Shown: positions 11,030 to 24,268, numbered from the stretch's first letter. The stretch: DNA of 64,000 nt from Felis catus (GCF_018350175.1 NC_058368.1:138510001-138574000); one strand, 5' to 3'. Notes: generated by a model not told the origin, from the sequence alone. Translations and numbers: made by a program.

Positions 11030-11470
11030 TCCCATATTAGGCAAAACTCTCTTGATTACAAATAACTGGCTTAAGCAAGAAAACAAAACGGATGTATCGG
11101 TTCATATTTAAGATTATCCAAAAGTGAAGCTGGCATCCGATCAAGCTGGATCCAAGACTTCAAATGAAAATGCTGTTAGTGATTTCTCTCTCTTTCTGTT
11201 TCTCCTTTTCCATCGCTTCCTTCTGTATGTTGGCCTCGTTCTTTCCTCCTGTAGATTAGCTTTCCTATAGCGCCAAGAAAGGTGCCTAAATGCCAGCTCT
11301 AGGCTGGCTGGGTCTCACTCTGCAACTACAGTGGAAAGAGAGCGTCTACCTTTCCGTGCGCAGAAATCAGAGAACTTGCCTTGGTCCTGCAGTGGTTATG
11401 CACCCTGGCAGACCAATGGTGTGTGATCTGATGCACTTGGCTTCTATCTAGCAGGGGAAGAAGGAAGCCA
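11030..11470 (-). mobile_element. Ancient MaLR LTR (MLT1J/K-like)
   Basis: 'aaactctcttgattacaaataactggcttaagcaag...tcaagctggatccaagacttcaaatga...gccagctctaggct' pattern. Confidence 0.55.
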
Positions 11471-13058
11471 TAGCAGAAGCTGTCAGTACCCCATCTTTAG
11501 AAGCTGTCAGACCCCTACACTCTTTTGGTGCTAGCCTGCCACACCTCCAAGGTTTCACCTGGGCTTTCCGCAAGGCGGACCAGAAGTTCCTGGGATTTGC
11601 CCTTAGGTTGTGTAACGACTTCAGTTCTCTTGCCTTTTGTGTGTGCTAACTCTGAATCTCAGGCTCTATCGATGCTGCTCCCCCCGAGTTCCCCAGCAAG
11701 TGTGGGCTTTATTTGGGCAGTGTATGCTAGCTTAAAGACACAGCGTTTAATGGATTCCTTCCCTCTCCTGTCTCAGGTTCTTACACTCTCACCATTGTCT
11801 GCTGGTATTGTCTGACCAAATAAACGACATGAACCTGAATTCTTGTATCAGGGTCTTGTTCTAGGTATTTCAAACTGAGACCGAAAGAACCCACGATCAG
11901 CCCCTCCAGTTCTACGTGGAATGTGAGAGACACTCTTACCAAGGAAAGGAGGTGCCGGCAGATCAAAGCAAACAGAGACCTACAATATTTCCAACCATTC
12001 TTTCGGTGCTCCTGGTACCAAGGACCTGCTGCTTCCCTCCCAGAGTCAGGTGACGGGATGTCACTTCTAAGATGCCTGCAATCACTTTCGCCCTTCTGTT
12101 CTAGCCTCCCAGGTTCCTACAAGGATGGCTCCCAGGAAGCTGGTCTCCACTCTCTGCCTCTCTCTCGCAACAATACTGAAGCCGAAACGGGCTGGGCTGC
12201 TCACCCAGAGGCACAGGCACCCTCTTACTCTTCCAGTTCCGTTTCTTCTCGCTCCATTTCAGACAAGATAGCTCTTGACTTCTAAGATTTTCCAAAGGGT
12301 GTCTTTAGGTCAGATGTAAGTATACACAGGATAAATTCATATAAAATTGCTATTTAGGAAGTTAGTTTTTTATATTGCTTTTTCCTCCATTCTGCTCCAC
12401 GTCTCTCTCTTTGAGACGTGAAACTCTTGGAGAGTCAACAGACAGACTTGATGGTACCCCAGTAACAATGGACGCATAACGTATTTGCCCCTCTGTGATC
12501 TATGGAGATCTTGGGTTCTTCTTAGGATTTCTGCTTACTCTTTCCAGAAGTTCAAAATAATCCATAGATATTTTTAACATTGATTTTTTTTTCTCGAAAT
12601 TCCTTTCAAATATCTCGGCATTTCTCAGAGAAAGCAAAGCCCAAAGCAATCATGAAGCCAGCCAAGGCTGTGGCTTAACTTTGGGTAGGTTCCCCCATTT
12701 TTAAGCCCCTGGCCTTTGAAACCACATGATTTCTCACACTGGTTAGAGAATTCTTTTGGAAAGTTGCTCTACATATGCAAAGTTCGGAGAAACCTTTGGG
12801 TCCCATGTGGGTCACAGCACTGTTCACTTCTCTTAGAGGTCAGTCAAATTATGTTGAGCTGCAACTACAAAGTGCCAGGGGCGTGTGACTATCAGGGGGT
12901 GTGATCCTTCTAGCAAGCGGATGACAAGAGAGCAGCAGATACTCTGTGCGCCTCTGCTAATATAATAACTTCGCCATCAGCTCCGTTAATCTGTTGTCAT
13001 TGTGGTAACTTGTATTTGGTGTTTGTGAGTGTAGCAATTTACAATTCAAAAAATCTTA

Positions 13059-13286
13059 GGGGTGCCTGGGTGGCTTGGGTAAGTATCAGACTCTTGGTTT
13101 CGGCTCAGGTCGCGATCTCACGGTTTGTGAGTTCGAGCCCCACGTCGGTGAGCTCCAGCCCCGCTTCGGGTGAGCCCCGCTTCCCTCTCCTTCTCTGCTC
13201 CTTGTGGGATTCTCTCTCTGTCCCTCTCTCTCTGCCCTTTGCTCACTTATGCCCTCCCTCTCTCTCAAAATAAATAAATAAGTAAG

Positions 13287-13317
<31 letters not shown>

Positions 13318-13320
13318 AAT
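13059..13320 (+). mobile_element. Older CAN-SINE with (TAAA)n tail
   Basis: ggggtgcctgggtggct head, ggctcaggtcgcgatctcacgg body, (TAAA)n tail. Confidence 0.92.
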
Positions 13321-13699
13321 ATAGAAAATATTAAATTCTAGAAATTTAAATTTTAAAACAACTACAATCCTATTTTTGGAAACTATTTTCCAGATATTTT
13401 GTCTTTCTCTGCCTTGGAAAGGGGATGATTTTACTTGCTATTTTTTTTTTTGATGTCTTGATGATTTAGGGTTGTGATAAACGCCCATGATTCCATCATC
13501 ATCTTCATTATCTAAGCTGTTAAGACAATGACATTCTCAAGAACTTTCAAAGTATGCAGAATTGTGGATGCCGCTCACACGGTTCTTGACTGGTGTGCTT
13601 TACGGGGACCCCACCTTCTGCTCCCCCCTCTTCTTTTTCTCCGTTTTTCTGCTGTTCCCTAACAGCCTGTCCCTAAAAACCAACGCTTTGCATTGCTCT

Positions 13700-13830
13700 C
13701 GTTAATCAACTCCGCAAATGTTTGCAAGCACCTAATCTCTGACGACTAGCATTCTAGGTACTGGGACTTTGGCAGTGAATAAAACGGACCCCATCTTTCC
13801 CTCCTGGAGCTTGTCTTCTGGCAGGGGTTG
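13700..13830 (-). mobile_element. L2 3' end fragment
   Basis: 'caaatgtttgcaagcacctaatctctg...ctaggtactgggac...gtgaataaaacggac...cctcctggagctt'. Confidence 0.65.
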
Positions 13831-14292
13831 CCTGTCTTGTCTAGTTTTCTCTCTCTTGCTTGCCTTCTTCCCATCTTCCAAACCAATGAAACTTAAAACC
13901 GAGTAGGAACATGTTTACAACATCAGTAAATAAGCTCTGAACAGAGATGTAAAGGTCCACTCCGTGACTCACCTCACGCAGTTCAGCGCATGTACTATGT
14001 CATACGAATTTTTAGGTAGTGAAAACCCTTACTTTTGGTTTCTCAGCAGTGAGCCAGATGGTTTGGCTTATGAGACAATAGCCTCTGGATAAGTGCCATT
14101 TTATTTGATTCAGATAACTATACTTTCTGAAAGAACCATTTCCCTCTCTTGCCCATTGGAAAAGGATAGCGATACATGATATCAAGAGCCTTATGAACTT
14201 TTGCTTAATATTCAAAAGAACTCGTAGGATGCACTGCGGCTGGCTCTCCTGGTGCATTCTGAGTTGGTTTGGTACTGAGCATTGATTCTGAA

Positions 14293-14505
14293 TTTTTTTT
14301 TTTAATGTTTCTTTATTTTTGAGAGAGAGAGAGATAGAGCTTGAGCAGGGGAGGGGCCGAGAGAGAGGGAGACACAGAATCTGAAGCAGGCTCCAGGCTC
14401 TGAGCTGTCAGCACAGAGCTGACATGGGGCTCGAACTCACGGACCGTGAGATCATGAGCCGAGCCGAAGTCGGACGCCCAACCGCCTGAGCCACTCAGGG
14501 GCCCC
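14293..14505 (-). mobile_element. CAN-SINE
   Basis: Antisense SINE; degenerate TSD CTGAGCATTG on both sides. Confidence 0.95.
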
Positions 14506-14938
14506 TGAGCATTGGCTCTAAACTGGAATGTCCACACACGAACAAACCAAAAGCCACCTTCCAGCTCTACCCCAAGCCTCCTTGCGCTGCAGCTTAGAGA
14601 AGAAAATCAGACCCCAAGACAAAACCTCACTCTTTAGCTCGTCCCACTTTAAGAAACGGCCTGGCAGCTGCCATCCGGTCAGTGCCTTCAGATTTGGCAC
14701 GCGGAACGGGGCAGCCTGCCCACCTGCCACCTGAAGGCTGTCTTTCTTTGCTGACTTGCTCCGTATCATTCCCCCTCCCCCACGTGTGTTTGGTTTTCCC
14801 GTGTGTTCGAGTTTGGCCAAATGGAAAACAAAAAAATAGTCTTCACTTAATCCAAGTGATCATGCTATGCGCACGGGAGAGAGAAAACTTGAGTCTTTTT
14901 CTGGCTGTTTTGCTGACTGCCATAAATTGTCTTCCAAC

Positions 14939-14959
14939 AGAGAGAGAGAGAGAGAGAGA
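14939..14959. repeat. (GA)n microsatellite
   Basis: Direct reading. Confidence 0.9.
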
Positions 14960-15725
14960 TTGAGAGTGGAGCCAGGGTTTCCACAGAAGGATTCCAACCA
15001 GGAAACTCTGGATGTGCTTATTTTTCAGAGAACTACTCACTGTTTTTCAGGCCCCCTAGCCAACTCCACCCATGGAAGGAACTTGACTGATGTTGTTTGG
15101 AAGGAGATACCGTTGACTTCAGAGAGGAGCTCAAATGCAACCTAGGGGCTCAGAAGAGAGCAGAACTTCTCGAAAGTCAAAAGTAAAGAAGCTCACACCC
15201 TCTCAGTGGCAAAGGCAAAACGTAACAGCTTCTTGAAAACATTTCTGAAACTAGATACGACATTCTATTTCTCTTAACCATTTACCTGTAAATAATTACA
15301 AATGGTCAATCCACTCTTCCAGACAGTGTGCGGTTTAGTCTGACAATCTGCGAATTGGAGGTTTTAATTATGGCAAAGGAAGGGGAAAAGAAGGCCATCA
15401 GGGTTCCTATTTTCTTCCCCCAGCACCTAACTTGCTGAGGGGCACGCCCAGCTTCAGTCAGGACGGAGGCAAAGAACCCCGGGCTGGCTTCTGAATTTAT
15501 CAGCCTTCTCAGTAGTACAAGGTATGAGACTTTTTATGAGGGCTTGCGAAGAGAAAGGATCTACAGTTTCTCTGCAAAGCAATCGCCAGTAAACTTGAAG
15601 GTTCAAGTTCAAAGTTTTAATTGAAACATTTTCCCATTCTTCACCTCCTATCTCTTGTTTGTAGCTTTTGAGTACACGTTATAGGGAAACACTGCAGAAG
15701 GGTGATGAAGAATGTTCTGTCCCTA

Positions 15726-15940
15726 GGAGCACTTGGGTGGCTCAGTCGGTTAAGGGGCCAACTCTTGATCTCAACTTAGGTCATGATCTCATGCTTCGTG
15801 GGATGCAGCCCCGCCTCAGACTCTGAGCTAACGGCACCGAGCCTGCTTGGGATTCCCTCTCTCCCTCTCTCTTCCTCCCCTCCCACCTGTGTGTGCGTCT
15901 CTCTCCTTCTCTCAACATATGTAAGTAAACTTTCAAAAAA
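15726..15940 (+). mobile_element. Older carnivore SINE
   Basis: gggtggctcagtcggttaag head and gagcctgcttgggattccctctc body. Confidence 0.9.
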
Positions 15941-16525
15941 GAACAAGAATTTTCTCTGACAAGAGGGAATACTGCAAGAGAGTGATAACACTTGAATTAA
16001 AAGCCCAGTTCTCAGAGCCTTTTTCTTGTGTCCACTTAGACAGAGGGAAGAGGTGTTTGCGGAGGACAAAGGGGTGACCTGGGGGCTTTCTCTGCCTAGG
16101 GCCGGAAAAGAGAGGTGCCCAAACTGTTCTGGTTGACTAAGCAGGTGATGGGAGTAGTCAGAGAGATGGGATCCGGTGAGCATTGGATATGCGGATCCAG
16201 GACCCCTGGGGACAACTAGCAAAGAGGGGCATAGGAGAAAGGCCATGGTTAAAGACTGATTCCACAGGGTCCATTCAGAACTACAAGGTTGAGTTCCGTG
16301 TTCCTAGCATGTGTTCGCTAAAGGCTTTGCATCACTGTGAAGCCAGCCTCCCCAGAGACTTGTTTTGGCAACTTTGTAAAAATCCTATGTGTATACATGC
16401 AGGCTTAATTCTAAATTCTTTATTCTGTTCTTTTAATCTGTTAGTCTATCCTTAAGCCGGTATCAGAATATCTTGATTATTGTAGACTTAAAGTAAATCT
16501 AGAAATCAGACAGCGAAGGTCTTTT

Positions 16526-16759
16526 TTATTTTTTAATTTAAAAAAATTTTGAAATTTACATCCAAGTTAGTTAGCATATAGTACAACAATGATTTTAGGG
16601 GTAGATTCCTTAGTGCCCCTTACCCATTTAGCCCATTCCCCCCTCCTACAACCCCTCCAGTAACCCCCTGTTTGTTCTCCATATTTAAGACACAGAACAG
16701 ATGAGCAAAAGGGAAGGGAAGCAAAAATAATTTAAAAACAGGGAAGGGGACAAAACATA
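16526..16759 (-). mobile_element. Carnivore L1 3' end with 5' inversion
   Basis: TSD AGCGAAGG(T/G)CTTTT at 16512-16525 and 16760-16773; 16691-16759 is inverted relative to the colinear L1 copy at 36440-36775. Confidence 0.85.
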
Positions 16760-17167
16760 AGCGAAGGGCTTTTGATTTTGCTTTTCTTCTTTACGATTTC
16801 TTTGTCTATTAAAAAAAAAGATATCTTTCTTTGGCTATTCTAGATCTTTTGCACTTCCATATAGATTTTTAAAAGACATTTCCATTTTTATAAAAAGTCT
16901 TGGAGGCTTTTGATTTGAGCTGCACTGAATCTATAGAATACTATGAGGACAGTTCTCAAATTATTGAGTCCTCCGGTTCCTGAAAACTTCAAGCTTCTCC
17001 ACTTATTTAGGCCTTCTTTAATTTCTGTAGCAATATTTTATAGTTTTCAATATAAAGATATGGTATGTCTTTTGCTAAATTTTTATGTATTTAATTTTTG
17101 ATGCTATTAAATGGAATTTCAATTTTATTTTGTTTGTTACTATTATGTAGAAATAGAATTGATTCTT

Positions 17168-17393
17168 TTTTTTTTTTAATTTTTTTTCAACGTTTTTTAT
17201 TTATTTTTGGGACAGAGAGAGACAGAGCATGAACGGGGGAGGGGCAGAGAGAGAGGGAGACACAGAATCGGAAACAGGCTCCAGGCTCTGAGCCATCAGC
17301 CCAGAGCTTGACGCAGGGCTCGAACTCACGGACCGCGAGATCGTGACCTGGCTGAAGTCGGACGCTCAACCAACTGCGCCACCCAGGCGCCCC
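17168..17393 (-). mobile_element. Felid CAN-SINE
   Basis: TSD GAAATAGAATTGATTCTT at 17150-17167 and 17394-17411. Confidence 0.97.
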
Positions 17394-18130
17394 GAAATAG
17401 AATTGATTCTTGCACTTCAGTATTATTTTCTGCAATCTACTAAATTCAGTTATTAGTTCTAGTCAGTATTTAATAGATGACTCGGGATTTTCTGTGTATA
17501 CAATGATGTTGTCTGCCGAGAAAAGGAGTTTTACATTTTCCTTTCTGATCTATGTGCCTTATATTTCTTTTTCAGTGGCTAGGATCTCTGCACAATTTTG
17601 AATAGAAGTCATGAAGATAGACATTTTTGCTGCGGTTTGCATGTCGAAGGAACCGTTCATTGTGATTTTTAAGTATGATGTTAACTCTAGATTTTTTTTG
17701 GTAGATGATTTACCAAAAACTTTCTTCTGTTGTTAGTTTGCTAAGAGGTTTGATTATGGATGTCAAATTTTGTTAAGTGCTTACTAAACAAAAGCCCAAA
17801 GCCTGCCGAATTTATCCTTTCTGGGAGAATGCAGTGCTACCCACTAATTCAGTTTCTGTCCAATTTCACAAAGTCTCCACGAAAGCAAACTCTCCTTCTT
17901 GCCACGAGGCAGCACAGACTGAGCAAGTCTTTCTTTCTGCCTCCTATCCTTCTTTTGCCCCACACTTTTCCAGGGAAGGCTGTGGAAAGCGAGCATCCCC
18001 AAGTAACAGGGTTCCTGCCTCTATTAGCAGTTCTCCAGAGTGAGATCGCCACATCTTCATTAAGCCACATTTAGAGCTCAAAATTTTATTTATTGCCTAT
18101 GGATCTCACCAGGTTGAAAAATGGAACATA

Positions 18131-18370
18131 GGGGCGCCTGGGTGGCTCAGTTGGTTAAGCATCCGACTTCAGCTCAGGTCATGATCTCGCGGTCCGTGAG
18201 GGCTGTGAGTTCGAGCCACGCATCGGGCTCTGTGCTGACAGCTCAGAGCCTGGAGCCTGTTTCCGATTCTGTGTCTCCCTCTCTCTGTGACCCTCCCCTG
18301 TTCATGCTCTGTCTCTCTCTGTCTCAAAAATAAATAAATGTTAAAAAAAAAATTAAAAAAAAAAAAGAAA
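18131..18370 (+). mobile_element. Felid CAN-SINE
   Basis: TSD GAAAAATGGAACATA; small internal insertion (gtgagggctgtgag). Confidence 0.97.
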
Positions 18371-19136
18371 GAAAAATGGAACATAGATAAAGCATAAATG
18401 AAGCAAGAAGGGAGTAAGAAGAGCTGGTCATCCATGGCTGCCCCTTCTCATTCTTGCTGTCAATATTGTCAACTCCCCTTGGCTTCCTCACCCACATCCT
18501 GCTTCCCCACATACCCGACAACACTCACATTTACTCCATTTTTGCCATCTGTTCAGAAATGTAAAATCTGAATGCTTTAAATAGATTAGGAAGACTCTAA
18601 GATGCTTAATAAAAAGGCTTAGCTATCTAACAGATGAATAGGACACCTTGAGAGAACGCTGTGGCTGGCACAGTATTGCCGTCGTGTTCCTCCTCATCAG
18701 GACTTTGCCCCTGCCCATCTGCTCAAGCAGTGCTTCTGACAGTTGGCAAGGCACTTGGGGGCAGTTTGAAAGAGCCACAACTTCCAGGCAGCTTTCTTGC
18801 TTTTGGAACATCATGGTACCTTTTTGATTATTCTCATCTATTCCTATGGCTTGAATGCCATTGCATTCCCTTCCCCACCTTGGCAAATGGTCACTTTTAT
18901 CAATCTCCACTTACAAATGACATATGAATAGATTTTATGATGCATAAAAATGAGAAGACACTTCAAGCCTTACAAAGAGTCAGGGTTAAGACAATTGAGA
19001 AGAAAACTGTACAAACCATTGGGCCATGGCTCGAGAAGAGGGTGGCAGAGTTAACAGCAGTTCTTAGTGGGCCTGTGTGGGTTTATTATATCACCTCCAT
19101 CATATTATTATTGAACAATAAAAAGAATGAAATCTT

Positions 19137-19268
19137 GGGACACCTGGGTGGCTCAGTTAGTTGAGCGTCTGACTTCAACTCAGGTCATGATGTCACAGTT
19201 TGTGGGGTTGAGCCCCATGTTGGGCTCTATGCTGACAACTCACAGCCTGGAGCCTGCTTCAGATTCTG

Positions 19269-19323
<55 letters not shown>

Positions 19324-19380
19324 CTCCCTCCTCGTGCTCACTCTCTTTCTCTCTCTCAAAAATAAACATTCAAAACAAAC
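19137..19380 (+). mobile_element. CAN-SINE with expanded (CT)n
   Basis: SINE body with a (CT)n run of over 40 bp at about 19273-19319; TSD-like AATGAAATCTTG. Confidence 0.93.
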
Positions 19381-19690
19381 AAAAGAAATGAAATCTTGCC
19401 AGTTGCAACAACGTGGATCAAGCTAGAGAGTGTAACGCTAAGTAAAACCAGTCAGTCAGAGGAAGACAAATGCCATGATTGAACTCATGTGGAATTTAAG
19501 AAATAAACGAGCAAAGGAAAAGAAAAAAGAGAGAGAGAGAGAGAGAGACAAGCCAAGAATCAGACTCTTAGCCATAGAGAACCAACTGATAGTTACTGGA
19601 GGGGAGGTGAGTGGGGGGCTGGGGGGTATAGAGGGTGAGGATAAATGGGTACACTTACATGATGAGAATAAAATAATAAGAAAAATACAA
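19381..19690 (+). mobile_element. Carnivore L1 3' end (ORF2 terminus and 3' UTR)
   Basis: gaaatcttgccagttgcaacaacgtggatcaagctagagagtgtaacgctaagt...cagactcttagccatagagaaccaactgatag. Confidence 0.85.
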
Positions 19691-19741
19691 CCTCCATCAC
19701 TAGTGGCTTTGTGACCACAAGTCACATTAAATTAAAAGGAA

Positions 19742-20543
19742 CAGGACTGGCCACATAATTTGCAAGGCTCAATGCAAAATGAAAATGCAGGCTCCCTTGT
19801 TCAAAAAACAGGAAAAATTACCACCAAAGATACTAAATTACAACATTTTTTCCTTTCTTCTGTGGTTCTGAGCATCCTGGGTGACTATAGGCTCTTACAG
19901 ATATCCATGAGCCCCTTTCTATGACCTGGTACCTGCACGTGGCCCACTGGATGCCTGGATGCCCTTCCTATAAGCTGTCACCTGGAGGTATGGAAATTAG
20001 ACCAGGAATCTCTCCTTCTCATGGACCTACTATCCAACCCATGGCAGACAGGTGATCCCTAAAAAGAATTGCAAACTCTTCTAAGAGACTCAGTAATTAG
20101 ATCAGGGTGGGCAAGAAACTCTCTCTAACAGAGTCACCTGATGAATGTTCACGGGGCTGCCAGCCAGGGTGGCATGCCCCTTTCTAAGGCACCATGAGGC
20201 ACTTGCACTTGAGCCTACTCTTTATGCCAGGGGCGGAGGTCTCAGCGGTTGTGATACGGGGATAGACAGGCTGGGCAGGGTCCTGGGCACTAGGGAACAG
20301 AGGTTTGGGTGGCTTAGAACCAATCAATGGGGAGACAGGGAGATGGTAGGCAGCAGAAAGATGTTTGAGTTGAGTCTATAAGGTCCTGGTGTGTGTTCCT
20401 TTATCTCACTGGACTTCACTTACAAAATGAAAATTCAAAGATAAAATTATTAAAAACTCAGCAATCATTAAACCCTCAGAACTCTTCTGATTATGGGACT
20501 CTGTACAACTGCACTTAGTGATATGCCCATGAAGCCAGCCCTT
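19742..20543 (-). mobile_element. MER45-family hAT-Tip100 non-autonomous element
   Basis: Termini CAGGACTGGCCACATAATTTGC...AATGCAAAATGAAAATGC and ...GCCCATGAAGCCAGCCCT match the recalled MER45 ends. Confidence 0.8.
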
Positions 20544-21594
20544 GGCATAAGGTCTGAGGCAGAGTCAGGAGCCAATAAATAGTACTACCATTATTAATAG
20601 TAGTATTATTAAGTAGGTGGTCTATATGGAATAGAATATACATTGCACATTTCAGGAATGCGTATAGTTATGGATGTTGGTGTCTAGGAAAGCAATGAGA
20701 AAAAGAGGCCTCAGCCCTAGAAGGATTGGGGGACTCTGCTTCCCAGAGGGTGGTTGATTACTCCCAACACTGAGTGAATGGCCTCACACTGACCCGGCAA
20801 CCAGTCAGTGAGGTCCCGCAATTTTTTAGTATGGTTTGGGAATGCCAGAGAAGTAACAGAAACTTGAGGTAGAGAAAAATGAGTTTTCCAAAGTTGGCTG
20901 CTCATTTCAGTTCAATCTCTGCTCACTCTTGAAAAATAGTGATAAGAGAAAGGTCTAGTAAATCAAGACATTGAGCAAAGCCTTTTTTTGTGTGTGTCCT
21001 CCTGTTAGTATCTGCAGCTTTATTTGGCATCCTGGGCAAAGTAGCTTTCAACTACTGGGCTATAGAACAAACATATGCTTTGGTAACAACCACCTTGGCA
21101 GTAAGTGTCAATCAAACTTTTGCCATAGGCGAAGTCAGCCCAGGTGAAGGGCTAGCCATGCACCATCAAAGGACTCTGAGGGCTGACCTTGAAGGAGTCA
21201 GGCTTTCCATAACCTTGTGTAAGTGAGTTACGCTTTCACGTGCATTGTCTAAGCAGCAGAACCCATTTGAAAGTAGATCCCTCCTGTCTGTGCATACAGA
21301 TGCATATCCATTGTATGCCAGGCAGGCGTAAGAGGAGCTATCAGAGAAGAAAGTGTGTGAAACACGAAGAATCTTCCTTTGACAATACATAGGAAAGGGT
21401 ATCACATGGGAGAGAATGCTGGTTGTTTCCTACCCAATAATTCATTTAAAAATAATTTTCTGGCCTGTAAGCTCCCTCTTCTGAGACAGTTAACATTTCC
21501 ACGGCTAAATTCAACTAAAATTCTCTCTTATGCCTGAAAAATCTGGTCGGCCAAACAGTGAGTGTAAAAAGATACACAAGACATTGGGCAATAT

Positions 21595-22128
21595 TGGTGC
21601 AGGCTGGCTGGGTCTGAGGACCCAGAGAGGGTCCCAGAGGACCAGCCAAGAGGGTTCTTGGCTTCATGTAGGATAGACCTCAAACACAAGCTGAGAGGAA
21701 GTGAGATCAGAGTTTACTAAAGACATAGAACGCAGATACAGAGTGAGAGACTCAGAAAGGAAAAGAGAGTGAGTCTTGTCTTTGCTTGGGGTCTGGGGTT
21801 TTTACTGGGGATTGTGGTCTTCCACAATCCTCTCTGTAAGTGACTTCTGCCCTGGAGTCAGGGGTCTTGATGAGTCAAGTGTCTTGGAAAATATTCATGA
21901 TGACCTTTACCCACTTGCCCCTTATCGATGTTATAATGTTATTGATTGTGCTGGAAGACTCCAAAGAAATCATTAACTTCTTGACCTTTACAAGGAGGAC
22001 AGACATTCTCTCTTCTATAAGATGTGTGTCAGGTCCTAGCAAGAATAGAAGCAGGAAAAGGAGTGAACGCCATTTTGAAAAGGAGTGAAAGCCATTTTTC
22101 ATAGGGCCCCTTTAGTTTTTGTGTCTCA
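21595..22128 (-). mobile_element. ERV1-type solo LTR
   Basis: TG...CA ends, near-TSD ATAT/GTAT, duplicated AAAAGGAGTGAA(C/A)GCCATTTT near the U3 end, AGTAAA poly-A-like signal on the minus strand. Confidence 0.75.
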
Positions 22129-22139
22129 GTATTCTGAAA

Positions 22140-22330
22140 TAAACAGTAGCTAACCATCCTAACTGTAATGGAACACTGCCAGTTATGTGCTAGGTACTGT
22201 TCTCCATCCTTTATATTAATTCACAACCTTACAACCAGATGACGAGAGTTAAGGGTGACTTGCTTACGGTAATAGAGCAAAGATATGAGCCCTCCATTCC
22301 ATCTTTAGAGCCCACACTCTTAACTACTAG
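22140..22330 (-). mobile_element. MIR fragment
   Basis: tgtgctaggtactgttct...attcacaaccttacaaccagatga...cagagcccacactcttaactact-like text. Confidence 0.6.
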
Positions 22331-22689
22331 ACCCAAGTTCAAATATGATGATAGTAAGGAGATTGCACTTGAAGGCTAGCCTAACATATTTTCTAAGTAC
22401 AACTGCTATGACATAGGAATTATGCTTTGCTGGTCCTTTTACAGTAGAGTTTGTTGCCTTGTAACTAATACATTAATGACGTGGCAATTGCTTGCTATAA
22501 ATTTAAGAAAATAACAAAAAACCACTATATACAAATGGAGTTTAGAAAAGCTTAAGCCAGGCCATTAGAAATGTTTCCAGTAGCGATGGCACCAGAAAGC
22601 ACCTCCTCTCGTCCCGGGAGCGCCATTGGATGATGCTATACTGGAGCCACAGGGTTTGGGGCCAGCCAGATGGTTCTAATTGCTTTGTT

Positions 22690-24110
22690 AAGAATAGATT
22701 GTAAAGAATGTGGAAGAGGAAAGACCAGTTAAGAAGTGATTATATTAACCTAGCAAGGAGATCGTGCTGGCTTGGATCAAGGTGGCAACACTGGAGTTGG
22801 TGAGAACTGGCTGAATTCTAGATATATTTTTACCTTAAAGCTAGTATGGTTATTTGAAGGATTGAGTGGAGTGTAAAAGCAGAGAGAAATCCTGAATGCC
22901 TCCCAGGTTTTTGACTTGAGCAGTTAGAAGATTGAAGTTGCTGCTGACTGAGCCACGGAAGGGGCAGGGTCTGGGAGAGACTCTCAGGAGCTCAGGTTGG
23001 ACACATTAAGGTAGTGTTGCTTATCAGCCATCCAAACCAGGAGGTAAATCAGACAGGTGGATATGTGACTCCGGAGGTCAGGGGCGAGGTCGAGCCTGGA
23101 AATACAAATTTGGGAGTTATCAGCATGTAGAAATATTGAAACTGGAAGAACCTAATATCATCACTGAAGTGAATAATGATAGAAGAGCTTAGGCACTGCC
23201 ACTGTGGATCAACAGCAACCTGAGAATCTGCTATGCAAATTCTGGGGCCAGCCCATACCTGCTGAACCAAAAACTCCTGGGGTGGGGCCCTTCATAACAA
23301 GGGTGATTGCCCTCCAGGTGATTGTTTTGCCTGCTAAGTGTTGAAAAACAGTGGTTTAGAAATTATGGAGATAGGAGAAATCTGACCAGAACCAACCAGA
23401 AAGAAGGAGGAAAACCAGAGCCTGGTGCATGTTGGGAACCAAGCCAGTAATGTGTGCAAAAGAGAGCGACCCGTGGCGTCACATGCTCCTGAACGCTGTC
23501 CAGTGTGGTGAACAATGTAAGGCCATTTGCATTGTCTGCAGGTAAGTGATTTTGATGGAATTGTGGGTAGAAACAAGCCTGACTGGATGATTCCATGGTA
23601 TTAAAGGGAGGGTTAGGGTGGAGCGAGTGCAGACCGTGAGAGTAGGTTTTGCCTCAAAGATCAGGAAAGAAATGGGCACTATCTAGAGGGTAGATAGTGC
23701 TTTTTTGCTTTTTTAATATGGAAGCGAGGAATGCTTTATTTTTGTGGTGTTGGAACCAATCCAATACAGAGGTGGAAGACAGAGTTCCCCCTCGTCAGGA
23801 AACAGGGGGAGATTTGGAGAAGCAATGTCTCTGGGTAGGTGGGGAAAATGGAACGAAGTGCCCAGGGAAGGGGTAAGCCCAGCCAGAGAATACTTTCTTC
23901 TCCACAGTGCCCCGTGGGAAGGAGGGTCACTGGGCCAGACAGAGGTAGGTGGGTGGATGTGGTGTTGAGAGTCTCAGAAGTTCTATTCTGCTTGCCTCCC
24001 TGTGCCGGGTCACTTAGGAAGCAAGATCATCAACTGAGAGTGAGCATGGTGCAATTGGGTGTTGTCTGGGAGAGCAGGAGAGGGATAGGATGAGGGTGAA
24101 ATAGAATGAA
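22690..24110 (-). mobile_element. L2 fragment(s), interrupted by MER5A
   Basis: Purine-rich L2 motifs: ggcttggatcaaggtggc, cccaggtttttgacttgagcagttagaag, atacaaatttgggagttatcagcatgtag. Confidence 0.75.
23192..23355. mobile_element. MER5A hAT-Charlie MITE
   Basis: atgcaaattctggggccagcccatacctgctgaacc...ccctccaggtgatt...gttgaaaaacagtg. Confidence 0.75.
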
Positions 24111-24224
24111 GGGCCCACTGAGGTCATTCAGTGTTGACAGACTTAGCCAGGATGAAAGTGCTTCGTTTTTTGTTTGTTTTTCAAAGAAAGTTTTCGGAAA
24201 AAAAATGGGAACTGGTGCACTCTA

Positions 24225-24226
<2 letters not shown>

Positions 24227-24268
<42 letters not shown>
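24227..24268. repeat. (CA)n microsatellite
   Basis: About 21 CA units. Confidence 0.97.

Larger units (their letters stand above)
16300..17790 (-). mobile_element. Old L1M fragment (ORF2 3' region), interrupted by a younger L1 and a SINE
   Basis: Antisense L1 ORF2 motifs: cttgattattgtagact, ctgcactgaatctatag, ctactaaattcagttattagttctag, ggatgtcaaattttgttaagtgc. Confidence 0.75.

Noticed and set aside
15048..15066. CTCF-like site GGCCCCCTAGCC
   Set aside because: Only the core half matches the consensus; too weak to call.
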